A stretch of 64,000 nucleotides of DNA from Thermoanaerobaculia bacterium (lineage in GTDB: Bacteria > Acidobacteriota > Thermoanaerobaculia > Multivoradales > Multivoraceae). The position numbers were made by a program, and so were the translations under genes. How positions within the stretch are numbered: position 1 is the stretch's first letter; every line of letters begins with the position of its first letter. Under the pieces are notes generated by a model. That model saw nothing but the letters and a program-made list of their open reading frames with translations. It made no database searches and was not told where the DNA came from. The stretch spans positions 42,188-106,187 of the forward strand of contig CALOFD010000042.1 in the NCBI GenBank assembly GCA_942492505.1, in the 5' to 3' direction. Positions 47,772-58,424 of the stretch are shown here, piece by piece.

Positions 47772-49159
47772 GAGAACAGGGGCAAAGAGTCGCGCCGGAA
47801 CCTAGCCGACCGACCTGGGAGCGCTCCTTGAGGAAGCGCTCCATGAATCCAGTCGAGATGTCTCCACGAACGAAGGCCGGATCGCGAAGGATCTCGCGGT
47901 GGAGATCGAGCGTGGTGTCGATGCCCTGGATGACGAACTGGTCCAACGCCCGACGCAGGCGGGCGATCGCCTCCATGCGATCGTTTCCATGCGCGATCAC
48001 CTTGGCGATCAGGGAATCGTAGAAGGGCGGAAACACATAGCCCTCGTAGGCGTGCGTGTCGACGCGGATTCCGGGACCGCCCGGCGCGTGGAAGGTCTTG
48101 AGCAGCCCCGGGACTCGGCGTGAAGGTCCTCGGATGCTCCGCGTTGATCCGACACTCGATGGCATGTCCGCGAGCTTCGGTCACCGACCCCATTCCCAGT
48201 TCTTCACCCGAGGCGATCGCGATCTGCTCTCGGACGAGGTCGACCGAAGTGACCATCTCGGTGACCGGATGCTCGACCTGGATCCGAGTGTTCATCTCCA
48301 TGAAGTAGAAGCGGCCTTCCGCGTCGAGCAGGAACTCGATGGTGCCGGCGTTCTCGTAGCCGACCGTCGTGGCGACGGCAACCGCGGCATCGGTGATGCG
48401 GGCACGCAGGTCCGCATCGATGGCGCGTGACGGCGCCTCCTCGATCAACTTCTGGTGGCGTCTCTGAATCGAGCACTCCCGTTCACCGAGGTGAATCACC
48501 TTGCCCATCCGGTCGCCGAGGATCTGGACCTCGATGTGGCGCGGGTCGACGAGGTACTTCTCGAGGTAGAGACTGCCGTTGCCGAAGGCCGAGATGGCTT
48601 CGCTCTGGGCAGTCAGGAACTGGGTCTCGATCTGCTCCGGCCCCATCACGACCCGCATGCCGCGTCCGCCGCCGCCGGCCGCGGCCTTGAGGATCACGGG
48701 ATAGCCCACGTCCTGGGCCATCGCACGCGCATCGGAGGCATTGCGCAGAGGTTGCTGGCTTCCCGGAAGCACGGGGGCGCCGGCCGCCAGCGCGGTCTCG
48801 CGAGCCTTCGCCTTGTCGCCCATCAGTCGAATCGTCTCCGGCCTCGGCCCGATCCAGGTGAGACCACACTCCTCGACCACTTCCGCGAAATGAGCGCTCT
48901 CGGCAAGGAAGCCGTAGCCCGGATGGATCGCCTCCGCGCCTGAGATCTCGGCAGCCGAGATCAGCGCAGTGACGCTGAGGTAGCTGTCGCGCACCGCTGG
49001 AGGTCCGATACACACATCCTCGTCGGCGTAGGCGACATGCAGGCTGTCGTTGTCAGCCGTCGAATGGACGGCGACGGTGGAGATCCCCAGGTCCCTGCAG
49101 GCCTGGATGATCCGGAGCGCGATCTCGCCCCGGTTGGCGATGAGGATCTTGGAGAACAT
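47756..49159 (-). CDS. accC: Biotin carboxylase (acetyl-CoA carboxylase subunit) with an apparent +1 frameshift near 48112; the C-terminal 100 aa are encoded in the frame of ORF 47617..48165
   Basis: [18 protein letters not shown].., the ATP-grasp domain, and ..[17 protein letters not shown]. This is followed in another frame by ..[59 protein letters not shown]. The junction sits on a cccc/gggg run. The true stop is expected near 47800. Confidence 0.8.
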   Translation of the reverse strand: MFSKILIANRGEIALRIIQACRDLGISTVAVHSTADNDSLHVAYADEDVCIGPPAVRDSYLSVTALISAAEISGAEAIHPGYGFLAESAHFAEVVEECGLTWIGPRPETIRLMGDKAKARETALAAGAPVLPGSQQPLRNASDARAMAQDVGYPVILKAAAGGGGRGMRVVMGPEQIETQFLTAQSEAISAFGNGSLYLEKYLVDPRHIEVQILGDRMGKVIHLGERECSIQRRHQKLIEEAPSRAIDADLRARITDAAVAVATTVGYENAGTIEFLLDAEGRFYFMEMNTRIQVEHPVTEMVTSVDLVREQIAIASGEELGMGSVTEARGHAIECRINAEHPRTFTPSPGAAQDLPRAGRSRNPRRHARLRGLCVSALLRFPDRQGDRAWKRSHGGDRPPASGVGPVRHPGHRHHARSPPRDPSRSGLRSWRHLDWIHGALPQGALPGRSARFRRDSLPLFSCSFS

Positions 49160-49211
49160 GACTTCTTGAGAACGCCGCCCAGCAAGGCGGAGCAGACGAC
49201 TCGATCTCGTG

Positions 49212-49664
<453 letters not shown>

Positions 49665-49707
49665 CTGCAACTCCTCTCCATCCAAGAATTCGTTTGTTCG
49701 ACGTCGT

Positions 49708-50064
49708 TCACTGCAGTTCATCCGCAAAGACGAGCGGCGCTCGCCGCAACTCGAAACGGGCCCTCGCGGCCTCGGCGTTGTGATCCGCGAGGAGCAGCAG
49801 GGCGTACTCCCGCGACAGCAATCCGAGCATCAGGAGTCCTTCTTCCGTTTCCAGGCTGAGTTGGCGGAGAGAGCCGACTCCCGCGTCTTCGTAGTCCCTC
49901 AGTATAGCGCGTCCCGCGGCTCCGATCTTCGCTCCGAGGGCGTCGGCATCGAGATCGCGATCGAGACTGAAGCGTTCGATCACCAGTCCGTCGAGGCCGA
50001 TCAGGGCCAGGACCCGAACCCCTCCGATCCGCCCGGCGATCTCGGCGAGGCTACGAAGCAGCAT
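49708..50064 (-). CDS. Roadblock/LC7 (MglB-like) family protein
   Basis: Start at MLLRSLAEIAGRIGGVRVLALIGLDGLVIE, the typical Robl_LC7 N-terminus. About 118 aa, overlapping the upstream TPR gene's 3' end by 14 nt. Confidence 0.55.
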   Translation of the reverse strand: MLLRSLAEIAGRIGGVRVLALIGLDGLVIERFSLDRDLDADALGAKIGAAGRAILRDYEDAGVGSLRQLSLETEEGLLMLGLLSREYALLLLADHNAEAARARFELRRAPLVFADELQ

Positions 50065-51196
50065 GGCCGCCCCGGGGCCGGTTGCGGGCCGCATGAAGCG
50101 TCTCGAGATAGCGCTCGAGCGCTGCCCTGCGACGCTCGACGAGAAGGTGATTCGGATCGATCGCCGCCGCCTCCTCGTCCTCGAGCCTCTTCAGGCCTTC
50201 TCTGGCCTTCTCGTGAGCGGGATCGACCTCCAGCAGGGCGCGGTAGATCTCTGCGGCTTCTCGTCGGTGTCCCTGACGCAGGTAGACCTCGGCGAGCGTG
50301 GTCGTCATCGGGGAGCGCGCCTCAGGATCGTCGATCGCTGGGAACTCGAGAGCTGCCGCAGGCCCGAGATCGGGAACCGCCTCGGGATCGGAGTCCTCCT
50401 GAGGCACAGCCGGGTCTTGGTCTCCCGGACGACCGGGAGCGTCTCCCGGACGACCGGGAACGTCTCCCGCCGAGGCGGGAGCGTCTGCCGCAGAAGCGGG
50501 AGCGCCTTCGGCAGCGTTGAGCGCCAGCACCTCGTCCGGCATCCCGGCCCCACTTTCTCTCGTAGGGATGACCCTCTCACCCGATTCCCGCATCAGGGCG
50601 GCGAGCGTGTCGTCGGCTTCCTGAACGGATGCTTCGGGCGGAACCGGGTCGGATTCCGGAAGCACCTCGCGCGAGAGAAATGACGAGTCGGCCAGTTGCT
50701 CGACCAGCGGCCGATCGTCGGACTCCGCTTCGCCGGTCCGCGACTCCAGCGACGGCCGCTCAGGTCCAGGGTCGGCGGGCGCCGCCGAGGCCTCGCCCCG
50801 CGCCCGCTGTGCGAGGAGATCGAGTTCCGGATCCTGGGGGTTGAGGAGACGATACTGCTCGAGCATCCTCACCGCAGGCTCGCTCTGCCCCGCGTCGCCA
50901 TAGGCACCGATCAGCAGTCGGCAGGCCACCATCTGGGTGCGGTCGGTGCGAACCACGGTCTCGAGAGTTCGAATCCCGTCCTCGGAAAGACCCGCTTCGA
51001 GCTGGGTTCGACCGAGGGCTACCCGGGCAGCCAGGTAACCCGGCTGCAGCTCGAGGCCCTGACTGAGCGTCTTGATCGCCTCGCGCAAGCGTCCGAGCTT
51101 GCGGTACTCCTCCGCCACCGACACGAACACCCGCGAGCCTGGCTCTTCGTTCAGGCGACGCTGCAGGGTCTCGAGCCTGGCTTCGGAGCCCGCCAT
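50051..51196 (-). CDS. TPR-repeat protein with a central acidic, Pro-rich disordered region
   Basis: N-terminal TPRs (..EEYRKLGRLREAIKTLSQGLELQPGYLAARVALG..) and C-terminal TPR-like helices, with about 170 aa of low complexity between. Forms a translationally coupled pair with the Roadblock gene. Confidence 0.55.
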   Translation of the reverse strand: MAGSEARLETLQRRLNEEPGSRVFVSVAEEYRKLGRLREAIKTLSQGLELQPGYLAARVALGRTQLEAGLSEDGIRTLETVVRTDRTQMVACRLLIGAYGDAGQSEPAVRMLEQYRLLNPQDPELDLLAQRARGEASAAPADPGPERPSLESRTGEAESDDRPLVEQLADSSFLSREVLPESDPVPPEASVQEADDTLAALMRESGERVIPTRESGAGMPDEVLALNAAEGAPASAADAPASAGDVPGRPGDAPGRPGDQDPAVPQEDSDPEAVPDLGPAAALEFPAIDDPEARSPMTTTLAEVYLRQGHRREAAEIYRALLEVDPAHEKAREGLKRLEDEEAAAIDPNHLLVERRRAALERYLETLHAARNRPRGGHAAS

Positions 51197-51203
51197 GAGA
51201 TGT

Positions 51204-52122
51204 CTAGATGCCGCTGACCGAAATGATCTCGGAGCGGGTATCCGAAGCGATGCTGTTGGTCACCGTCAGGGTGACTGTGTAGGTGCCGGCCTCGGAGTAG
51301 GCGTGGCTCGGGTTCTGCAACGTGCTGGTGTTGCCGTCGCCGAAGTTCCAGCGCCACTGTTGCGGTCGACCCGACGAGGTGTCTTCGAACACCACCGTCA
51401 GACCGCTGCTCTGGAAGCTGAAGCTGGCCACCGGGCGACGCTGGATGGTCACGGTGTCGGTCGCCTCGATCAGCGCGCCATCGGCGCCGGCAACCTGGAC
51501 CCGGACCTCGAACGTATCGCCGTTCACCAGGGCCAGTTCGCCCTGCTGCGCGGTCAGTCCGTCTTCGGCGCTTCCCGTGATGTCGGTGAAGAACGATGTC
51601 GCCGCCGGAGTCGAGGGTGCCGACCGATGTCGAGAAGTTGACGTTCGCGCCACCCAGCGGAATCCCCTGGTCGTCGCGGACGAGCGCCAGCAGCGCCACG
51701 CTGCCACCGAACTCGGGAACCGAGCCCGGACTGGCCTGGAGCGTGATCGACGTCGGGAAGATGCCGATCTGGACGTCGACGGTCACCTCGGCGGCGGCGC
51801 CGGCGTTGGCTCGGACCGTCGCGGTCCCGAGATCGTTGTTGCCGACGAGAACCGCACGGGCGACTCCATCGTCATCGGTCACGCTGCTGGTGGGCAGGAC
51901 GCCGCGGTTCGTGCTCAGGAAGATCGACGTTCCAGGATTGACCGGAAAGCCGTCGGCCTTTCTCGCGACCACCGTGATGTCGGAAACTCCGGTGCCCTTC
52001 ATCCGATCGGGCGACGCGCTGATGGTCAGCAGCGAACCCGCTGGTGCCGTCGGGCTGACCGAATTGCAGCCCCCGAGGAGGACCAGCACCAGGAGCGAAC
52101 AGAGAAGGGGCAGACCACGCAT
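51204..52122 (-). CDS. Lipoprotein with bacterial Ig-like (Big) domains and a C-terminal PKD domain; apparent frameshift near 51600
   Basis: Lipobox LLGGC. Big-like repeats follow. The listed ORF 51204..51707 carries the PKD signature WNFGDGNTS..HAYSEAGTYTVTLTVTN. The junction is at gacatcgttcttcacc. Confidence 0.55.
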
Positions 52123-52246
52123 CAGCGTGAAGTATACGGCATCACCGGAGATCCAAGAGCCACTTCGAGCGACCCCGCCTTCGCCCAGGATCGTCGAATC
52201 CGACTCGTCGCCGAGAGACTCGATCCCGGACGCGGGCTGCGAATCG

Positions 52247-52975
52247 TCAGGGCGATTCGTACAGATAGCCCGACGAAAGCGTCGCGCTGCTCGGCTCGGT
52301 CGTGAAGTTCCGTGTGACCTTGACGTCGACGAACCCCGCCGAACTGCCCGGCGGTACGACGACCTTGATCTGTCCCGCAGAACTGGACTTGACGATGCCG
52401 GGGTCGTCGCCGAAGAAGACCCTGAGCGGCGTTTCGAAGCCGGCGCCTCGAACCGTCACGGTGTTGCCACCTTCGGTCAGGCCCTTCGAGGGACTGACGG
52501 ATTCGACATAGAAGGGCTTCGGTCCGACGACGTTCACCTTGGCCTCGCCCTCGCTGGCCTCCAACTGCGCCACGATGCTCGCCTCGCCGGCGACTCCACC
52601 CGCAGTGAACAGGATCTCCGACACACCATCCATGAGAACGGCCGAGACCACCTTTGCGGCCGCTCCACCGAGACCGCCGAGGTCGGTCGAAACGACGACG
52701 GTCGCCTGGTCGGGAGCCGGAAGGCCGTCCGACTTGCGGTGCACTTCGACGGTCACGAGTCCGGTTTCACCCGTCGTCACCGTCGTCGGGTCCGCAGCCA
52801 CCAGGACGGCCCATTCCGCCGACTCGCCTCCGTCGGGGACCACGGGATTCTGGCCGGGAGCGGTCGGGCTGTCGGCAGGACAGCCGAGGAAGAGCAGCGA
52901 AAGTGCCAGCAGGGCTGCGAAGCCGAGCCTGGAATGGTTCTTGGGATGCAAGGTCATCTCTCCGTCCCCCTTCAA
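52247..52975 (-). CDS. Lipoprotein with an Ig-like domain and a C-terminal IPT/TIG domain
   Basis: Lipobox LLFLGC. The TIG-like segment is FYVESVSPSKGLTEGGNTVTVRGAGFETPLRVFFGDDPGIVKSSSAGQIKVVVPPGSSAGFVDVKV. Start overlaps the upstream gene's stop as ATGA. Confidence 0.55.
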   Translation of the reverse strand: MKGDGEMTLHPKNHSRLGFAALLALSLLFLGCPADSPTAPGQNPVVPDGGESAEWAVLVAADPTTVTTGETGLVTVEVHRKSDGLPAPDQATVVVSTDLGGLGGAAAKVVSAVLMDGVSEILFTAGGVAGEASIVAQLEASEGEAKVNVVGPKPFYVESVSPSKGLTEGGNTVTVRGAGFETPLRVFFGDDPGIVKSSSAGQIKVVVPPGSSAGFVDVKVTRNFTTEPSSATLSSGYLYESP

Positions 52976-53541
52976 GGTGTGAACTCGACGGTGAACGAGG
53001 CCCAGGGGGTCTCGACCGCCTCTCCGGAAAGGGTGTGTCCGAAGAAGCGAAGGCTGAAGTTGAGCTTGATGACGTTCAAGCCCGTCTCCTTGTCGAACGA
53101 TCCGTTCTCGACGAACAGATCGGCCAACGGACGGCTCTCGATCTGCTCCGAGGTCAGAATGCGCAGGTTGTCGTACTGGTTGTTGCCGCCGACCGGCACG
53201 TTCCCGAACAAGCCCTGAACGAGCGGCGGCGGCGTGATGGTGCCGGTGTCGGCGCGCGAGTAGACCACTTCGTAGGACTCGATCTCGACGTCCATCAGGG
53301 GACTGCTCTCGCCCGTGGCGCTCTTGACTTCGCTCTCGATCGTGATCTTGCCGATGGCCAGGAAGCCGGCGGCACGCAGCGTCGAAACGAAGACCTCTGC
53401 CGGCAATCCATCGAAGTCCGAGATCGTCAGGACGACGCCGCCGCCGTCCGAGTTGTCGAGGCGACCGGCATCACAACCGCTCAGGAGGAGAGCGGCGGCG
53501 ACAATGAGGGGAATACCAAACCGTTTCATACTGGTCTCCAT
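52972..53541 (-). CDS. Lipoprotein of unknown function, immediately downstream of pilQ
   Basis: Signal and lipobox MKRFGIPLIVAAALLLSGC. 189 aa with no recognisable domain. Only a 4-nt gap separates it from pilQ. Confidence 0.5.
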   Translation of the reverse strand: METSMKRFGIPLIVAAALLLSGCDAGRLDNSDGGGVVLTISDFDGLPAEVFVSTLRAAGFLAIGKITIESEVKSATGESSPLMDVEIESYEVVYSRADTGTITPPPLVQGLFGNVPVGGNNQYDNLRILTSEQIESRPLADLFVENGSFDKETGLNVIKLNFSLRFFGHTLSGEAVETPWASFTVEFTP

Positions 53542-53545
53542 CGCT

Positions 53546-56500
53546 CTACAGCTGAATCACCCTGGGGGTGACGAAGATCAACAGCTCTTCGTTCTCGTTA
53601 CGACGACTCTTGTTCTTGAACAGGCGGCCGAACAGGGGCATCTCGGAGAGACCCGGAACCCGGTCCTCGCTCTGATCGGTCGAAACCTCGTAGATGCCAC
53701 CGATCACGGCCGTACCGCCGTCGCGAACCAGCACCCGCGTGCGAGCTTCGCGAGTCGCGATCGGAGCGTTGGTCGCGCCAACCACGGCGAAGGCGAGCTG
53801 AGGTTCACGCTTCTGGATTCGCAGCTCCATCAGGATGGTGCCGTCCGCGGTGACGTGGGGTGTCACGTCCAGTCGCAGGGTCGCGTTCACGTACTGAACC
53901 GTGACGGTGTTGTTGGCGACCGTCTGGATCGGGATCTGCAGACCGCTCTGGATCGAGGCTCTCTCGTTGTTGAGAGTCGCGACCTTCGGCGAGGAGATGA
54001 CATTGACCAGACCTTCGCTCTCGGCGGCGATCAGCGCCACGTCGAGTTCGAAGGTGTTGAGGATGTTGCCCAGACCGATGTTCAGGAATCCGTTGTTGCC
54101 GCCGGTCTGCAGGTTGACGCCGCCCTCGAAGTCGCCGTTGTTCGGGAACTGCAGTCCGGTGGTGTTGCCGGTGGCGGCCGACGACACGCCGGCGGCGGTC
54201 CAGTCGATGCCCAGCGACCTCGACCATGACTTCGTGGTCTCGATGATCCGGGCTTCGATCATCACCTGCTCTTCAGGGGTATCGAGGTTCTCGATGATCT
54301 GCATGACCGAGTCGAGGTGGCCCGGCAGTTCCTGGATGATCAGGGTATTCGTGCGCTGATCGACCACCACGCTGCCGCGCTGGCTGAGGACGCCGCGCCC
54401 TCCGGAGCGCAGGATCGCCGCGACCTCGTCCGCCTGGGCGTAGCTGACCTTGCGCATGATGGTCGACAGCGGGACCGACAGCGACTTCGCCGCCGCCAGT
54501 TCGATCTGCTCCTGAGCCTCACGCGAAAGCAACTGGACCGGAGCGATACGAAGGATGTTGCCGTCGAGCTCCATCCCGAGTCGATGGATCTTGAGGATCT
54601 GCTCGAGGGCCTGGTCCCAGGGCACGCTCTCGAGTTCCACGGTCACGCCACCTTCGACGCCCGGCTGGATCACCATGTTGAGTCCGCTGACGCGGGCGAT
54701 CGTACGCAGGACTTCGGTCACATCGGCGTCCTTCAGGCTGAGGCTGATCGGATCGCCGATGTACTGCTTGGTTCCGGTTACGTTGCGCACCCCGAAGGTC
54801 GGGACCTGGGCCGGGTTGGACTCGAGGCCGGCCGCGCCATCGCCGCCGACTCCGACCATCGGCTCGTCGTCCGACGACGAGGCCGAGCCGGGAAGAATCG
54901 AGATCGGTTCGGGGTCCGGCGGCAACCGGGTCCGGTGGTTGAGGCGGAGCAGTCGCCACGACGGTCTTCGGGCAGAAGACGGCTCCCGCAGCCGACTCCT
55001 GGGGCTCGAATCGCGCCAGGACGGGCGGTTCGCTCTCGGCAGGTTCATCGAGCATCGGCTTCTGAGTCTCGATCACCAGGGCGAGCGGCGCGACCTCTTC
55101 AGGAGTCGGAGGAGCCGCACTTGCCGGGTTCCTCGGCTGGGGCCGTCGACACGGCGGCTGGAGTCGGCGCAGGCGCCAGAGGAGTTCGGGCACTGCCACG
55201 ACGGTCTCGGGAACGGAGTCCGAGGGTCGGATCGCCTGCGATCGCCATCTCCGCCGAAGCCGTCTTCGAGGCAGCACGGTCGTCGCCCTCCATCGGCTTG
55301 CTGCTCGGACTCGGCTCCGATGTCTTCGACTCCGCAGACCAGGGTTGCAGCCACAAAGCCGTCAGGCAGGGTACCGGCGTCGGACACCGAGTTCTTGAAG
55401 GTCGAGTTCACGGAAGACTCGACTTTCGGGGAGGCTCGGCGGCCGGAGACGGGCTGGGCCGCCATCACTACAGGAGGCGGGGGTCGGCGTCGAACTCGCA
55501 GCAGGCTTGGCAGGAGCCGGGCTCGGCGTTTCTTTCGCGGGAGCCTTGGCCATCGCTCCTTTCAGACGCGGACTATCCACCAGCGTCGCCGTGTTCCGCG
55601 ACGTCGAGTCGAAGACCACCTTGAGGCCATCGGCATCGCGCTCGACAAGTGGCACGCCGGGGCGGCTCAGATCGAATACGACTCGGGCCACTGGATCAGG
55701 ATGGGACTGGAACTGGGCAATGCGAACCCGAGAAACACCGTCGCTAGCCACTTCGAGGCCCGACTGTGAGGCTGCCTTGACGACCCCACGCAGATCGATC
55801 ACGAAACGATCTGGCTGAGAAAGCATGAACGCCGAATAGTCGAAGATGCCATCGCCGCGGATCCTCAGTACGGTGTGCCCCCGACTGACTTCAGACTCGA
55901 CTCCGAGAAGGCGAGTCGCCCGAACACCGCTCGAGTCAGGCGCCTTCCAGGGAACGTCAGCCGTTCCCTGACCGTCAGTTCCTGTTGCACCTTGCTGCGA
56001 TGCAGCTCTTCGGCGCGGCAGCCAACCATCCTTCGTCGAACTGCCGGCTCCTTCTCGCCACGGCGTGGTCGGCGCCGGATCCGCGGTCAGCCTCGGCTAT
56101 TCGAGGCCGACTGCCATGTCGGTCCGATCCACGCGGGTTGAAAGCTCAGCAGAAGAGAGGTGCCCAGACTGTCGAGCGAGTGCTCCGCCTCGTCGCGCAG
56201 GGTCATCAACCAGTCGAGTCAGCGGACGGCTGCCACGCGCTTCGCTCTCCACCGCGACCTCGGCTACCAGTCCGACGATCGGCTGCAGGTTCTCCACGCT
56301 CGGCGTCACGACGCTGTTCGGCAGGTCGATCGCCAGTCGTCCATCGGGGGTCCGGTACTGTGACCAGATGAGGGGGCCGTCCGCGAGGACCCGGACTTCG
56401 ATTCCTTCGCCGGCCGGGCGGATACTCAGACCATGGATCTCGGCAGGCGTCTCGAGAGTGACCGGCTCCTGGGCCGGAAGCACCGTTGCCGCCGCCAGCA

Positions 56501-56549
56501 CCCAGAGCGCGAGCGCCACCAGGTTCTTGCTCTTGTGTGGGTTCCACAT
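53546..56549 (-). pseudogene. pilQ: Type IV pilus secretin PilQ (signal peptide, two AMIN domains, Pro/Ala/Glu-rich linker, N0/N1 and secretin domains), fragmented over four or more reading frames
   Basis: The listed ORFs are 56097..56549 (signal plus AMIN), 55362..55826 (AMIN: RFVIDLRGV..VARVVFDL), 54519..55277 and 55073..55468 (linker pieces), and 53546..55048 (N0/N1 plus the secretin domain, with ..GLVNVISSPKVATLNNERASIQSG.. and ..LLIFVTPRVI). This is either a true pseudogene or an error-dense region. Confidence 0.7.
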
Positions 56550-56569
56550 TCGCTACAGCCTCCGCCGGT

Positions 56570-57142
56570 TCATCGGCCCTTCTGGTTCAGCCTCTTCACG
56601 ACCTCACGAAACGGCTTGATCGCCGCCGGGTCGCGAACGCCTTGCTTGAAGACGATCTCTGCGTACTCGTCCTTCTTGAATCGAATCTCGACCACTTCGC
56701 CATCGAAGAGCTGATCGCCCTCTCGCAGCACGAAGCTCGTGTCCTCTCTCGACGCCACGACCTGGGCCACCGGCCCGCGCGGAGTCACGAAGATCCCACG
56801 CACCGTCACGTCGTCGATCAACAGGCCGGGGACGCCCTCGGGGCGCGGACCTCGAGCAGAAGGACGGTCGGTTCTGATCTGCAGCGATCGGAACGGGTCC
56901 CGACGGCTGCCGGGGTCGTAGCCCAGCTGATCGTCTTCTTCGATCGCCTGTTCCTGCTGCAGGATGCGTTCGATCGTGTCGAGCTCCGGAGACCCGTCTT
57001 CCCGAGTCGGGCTGCCGTCCTCCTCGGTGGGAGGCTGGCTCTCCTGGTCGGCGACCGTCTCCTCTTCTTGCGCGACCGCGACACCCGACGCCAAAGCGCC
57101 GGCCGCCATCAGCAGCAGGAGGACACGGAGAAGACGGTTCAC
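56570..57142 (-). CDS. pilP: Type IV pilus assembly protein PilP
   Basis: Signal peptide, an acidic linker, and a C-terminal beta-domain (..VTVRGIFVTPRGPVAQVV..GDQLFDGEVVEI). Its position between pilO and pilQ fits the expected gene order. Confidence 0.65.
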   Translation of the reverse strand: MNRLLRVLLLLMAAGALASGVAVAQEEETVADQESQPPTEEDGSPTREDGSPELDTIERILQQEQAIEEDDQLGYDPGSRRDPFRSLQIRTDRPSARGPRPEGVPGLLIDDVTVRGIFVTPRGPVAQVVASREDTSFVLREGDQLFDGEVVEIRFKKDEYAEIVFKQGVRDPAAIKPFREVVKRLNQKGR

Positions 57143-57792
57143 GAGTTCCCTCTCGGCGAGTTGCCGGCGTTGTTGCGATTCTGATTGCCGGCGTTGTTGC
57201 CGTTACCGTTGCCAGTCTGGTTGCGCTGCGGTGGCGGCGGCTTGTAGACGAACGTCTTGGCGGTGAAACGGGCTGCGATCGAGTGCTGCCCCTCAGCCTG
57301 TTCCTGGATCCGGAGATTGTCGACGTTGAAGATCCGCGAGAAGCGGCTCATGCGATCGAACAGCCTGGCGAGCTCGTGGTAGGTGCCCTCGAGTTCGAGA
57401 GAGATCGGCCACTCGTTGTAGAACTCACGCTGGATCTCGGCTCCGGGCGTGAACTTGCTGAGCACGAAGTCACCCTGTTCGGTGAGGGCGCGGAAACGAC
57501 GGAGCAGATCGGGAACGTCGCGGCGCGGGGGCAGGATCTCGAGCAGCTTCTCGAGTTCGGCTTCGAGGGCTGCGACCTCGGCTCGGAACTGCGGCAGCTT
57601 GGCTTGCGCCGCCCGACCGCGAGCGATGCGCTCCTCGAGCTGCTCGAGCCGGGTCTGCTGCTGGACGCGGGTCTCGAGCATCCCCTTCAACTGGAACCGG
57701 TGGCCCGCGAAGATCAAACAGCCCGCGGCAACCACGCCCACCCCAACACCGAAGTACCAGGGACGTCCTTCCAGTCCTGTCTCGAGTGCCAT
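57139..57792 (-). CDS. pilO: Type IV pilus assembly protein PilO
   Basis: N-terminal TM, a coiled coil, and a ferredoxin-like domain. Ends in an Asn/Gly-rich tail. Located between pilN and pilP. Confidence 0.65.
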   Translation of the reverse strand: MALETGLEGRPWYFGVGVGVVAAGCLIFAGHRFQLKGMLETRVQQQTRLEQLEERIARGRAAQAKLPQFRAEVAALEAELEKLLEILPPRRDVPDLLRRFRALTEQGDFVLSKFTPGAEIQREFYNEWPISLELEGTYHELARLFDRMSRFSRIFNVDNLRIQEQAEGQHSIAARFTAKTFVYKPPPPQRNQTGNGNGNNAGNQNRNNAGNSPRGNS

Positions 57793-57801
57793 CGAGATCT
57801 C

Positions 57802-58350
57802 CTAGCGAGCCGCCACCGGCGCTTCGGGCTCGGCCTCGCGCGCGGATCGGATCGGCACGACCCGGTAGTTGAAGATGATGTTGAAGGTGTAGACCTGACC
57901 GTCCCAGGTGGTGTTCTTGAGGATCGGTTCGGTGAATTCCTTGACCCGTGCGAGGTTCTCGATGAACGAAGCGACGGAATTGGTGGTGAACGAGCGGCCT
58001 TCGATCGTCACGGAGCGAGCGTTCAGAGTCATCTGGTCGAGCCACAACAGATCCGGTAGCGCTCTGGACACCTGGTCCATGATCCGGACCGGGCCGCGCT
58101 GATTGGCGCGAAGATCCGTGATCACGCTGACCTTGCGCTCGAGTGCCTTCTTGCGCTGGGAAAAGCGCTCGACTTCGTTGATGATCGACTGCAACTCGGC
58201 CATCGTGCGGCGAGCCTCGGCGATCTCCTCGCTTCGCTTCTCGATATCGCGGTCGAGCAGGAACCAGTAGCCGCCGTAGCCGATGGCGCCGATCAGGACG
58301 ACGATCAGCAGAGCCCAGAAGGCCGAGTTCTGCCCCTGCATGCCGGCCAC
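57802..58350 (-). CDS. pilN: Type IV pilus assembly protein PilN
   Basis: N-terminal TM (FWALLIVVLIGAIGYGGYWFLL), a coiled coil, and a PilN-like periplasmic domain. Confidence 0.7.
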   Translation of the reverse strand: MAGMQGQNSAFWALLIVVLIGAIGYGGYWFLLDRDIEKRSEEIAEARRTMAELQSIINEVERFSQRKKALERKVSVITDLRANQRGPVRIMDQVSRALPDLLWLDQMTLNARSVTIEGRSFTTNSVASFIENLARVKEFTEPILKNTTWDGQVYTFNIIFNYRVVPIRSAREAEPEAPVAAR

Positions 58351-58424
58351 CGGCTCCTGTGCGCCGGCGAGGCGCCGCGAGAGTCTTCTTGCCTTCGCTG
58401 ACCAGATTGATGCGGATCATGGCG

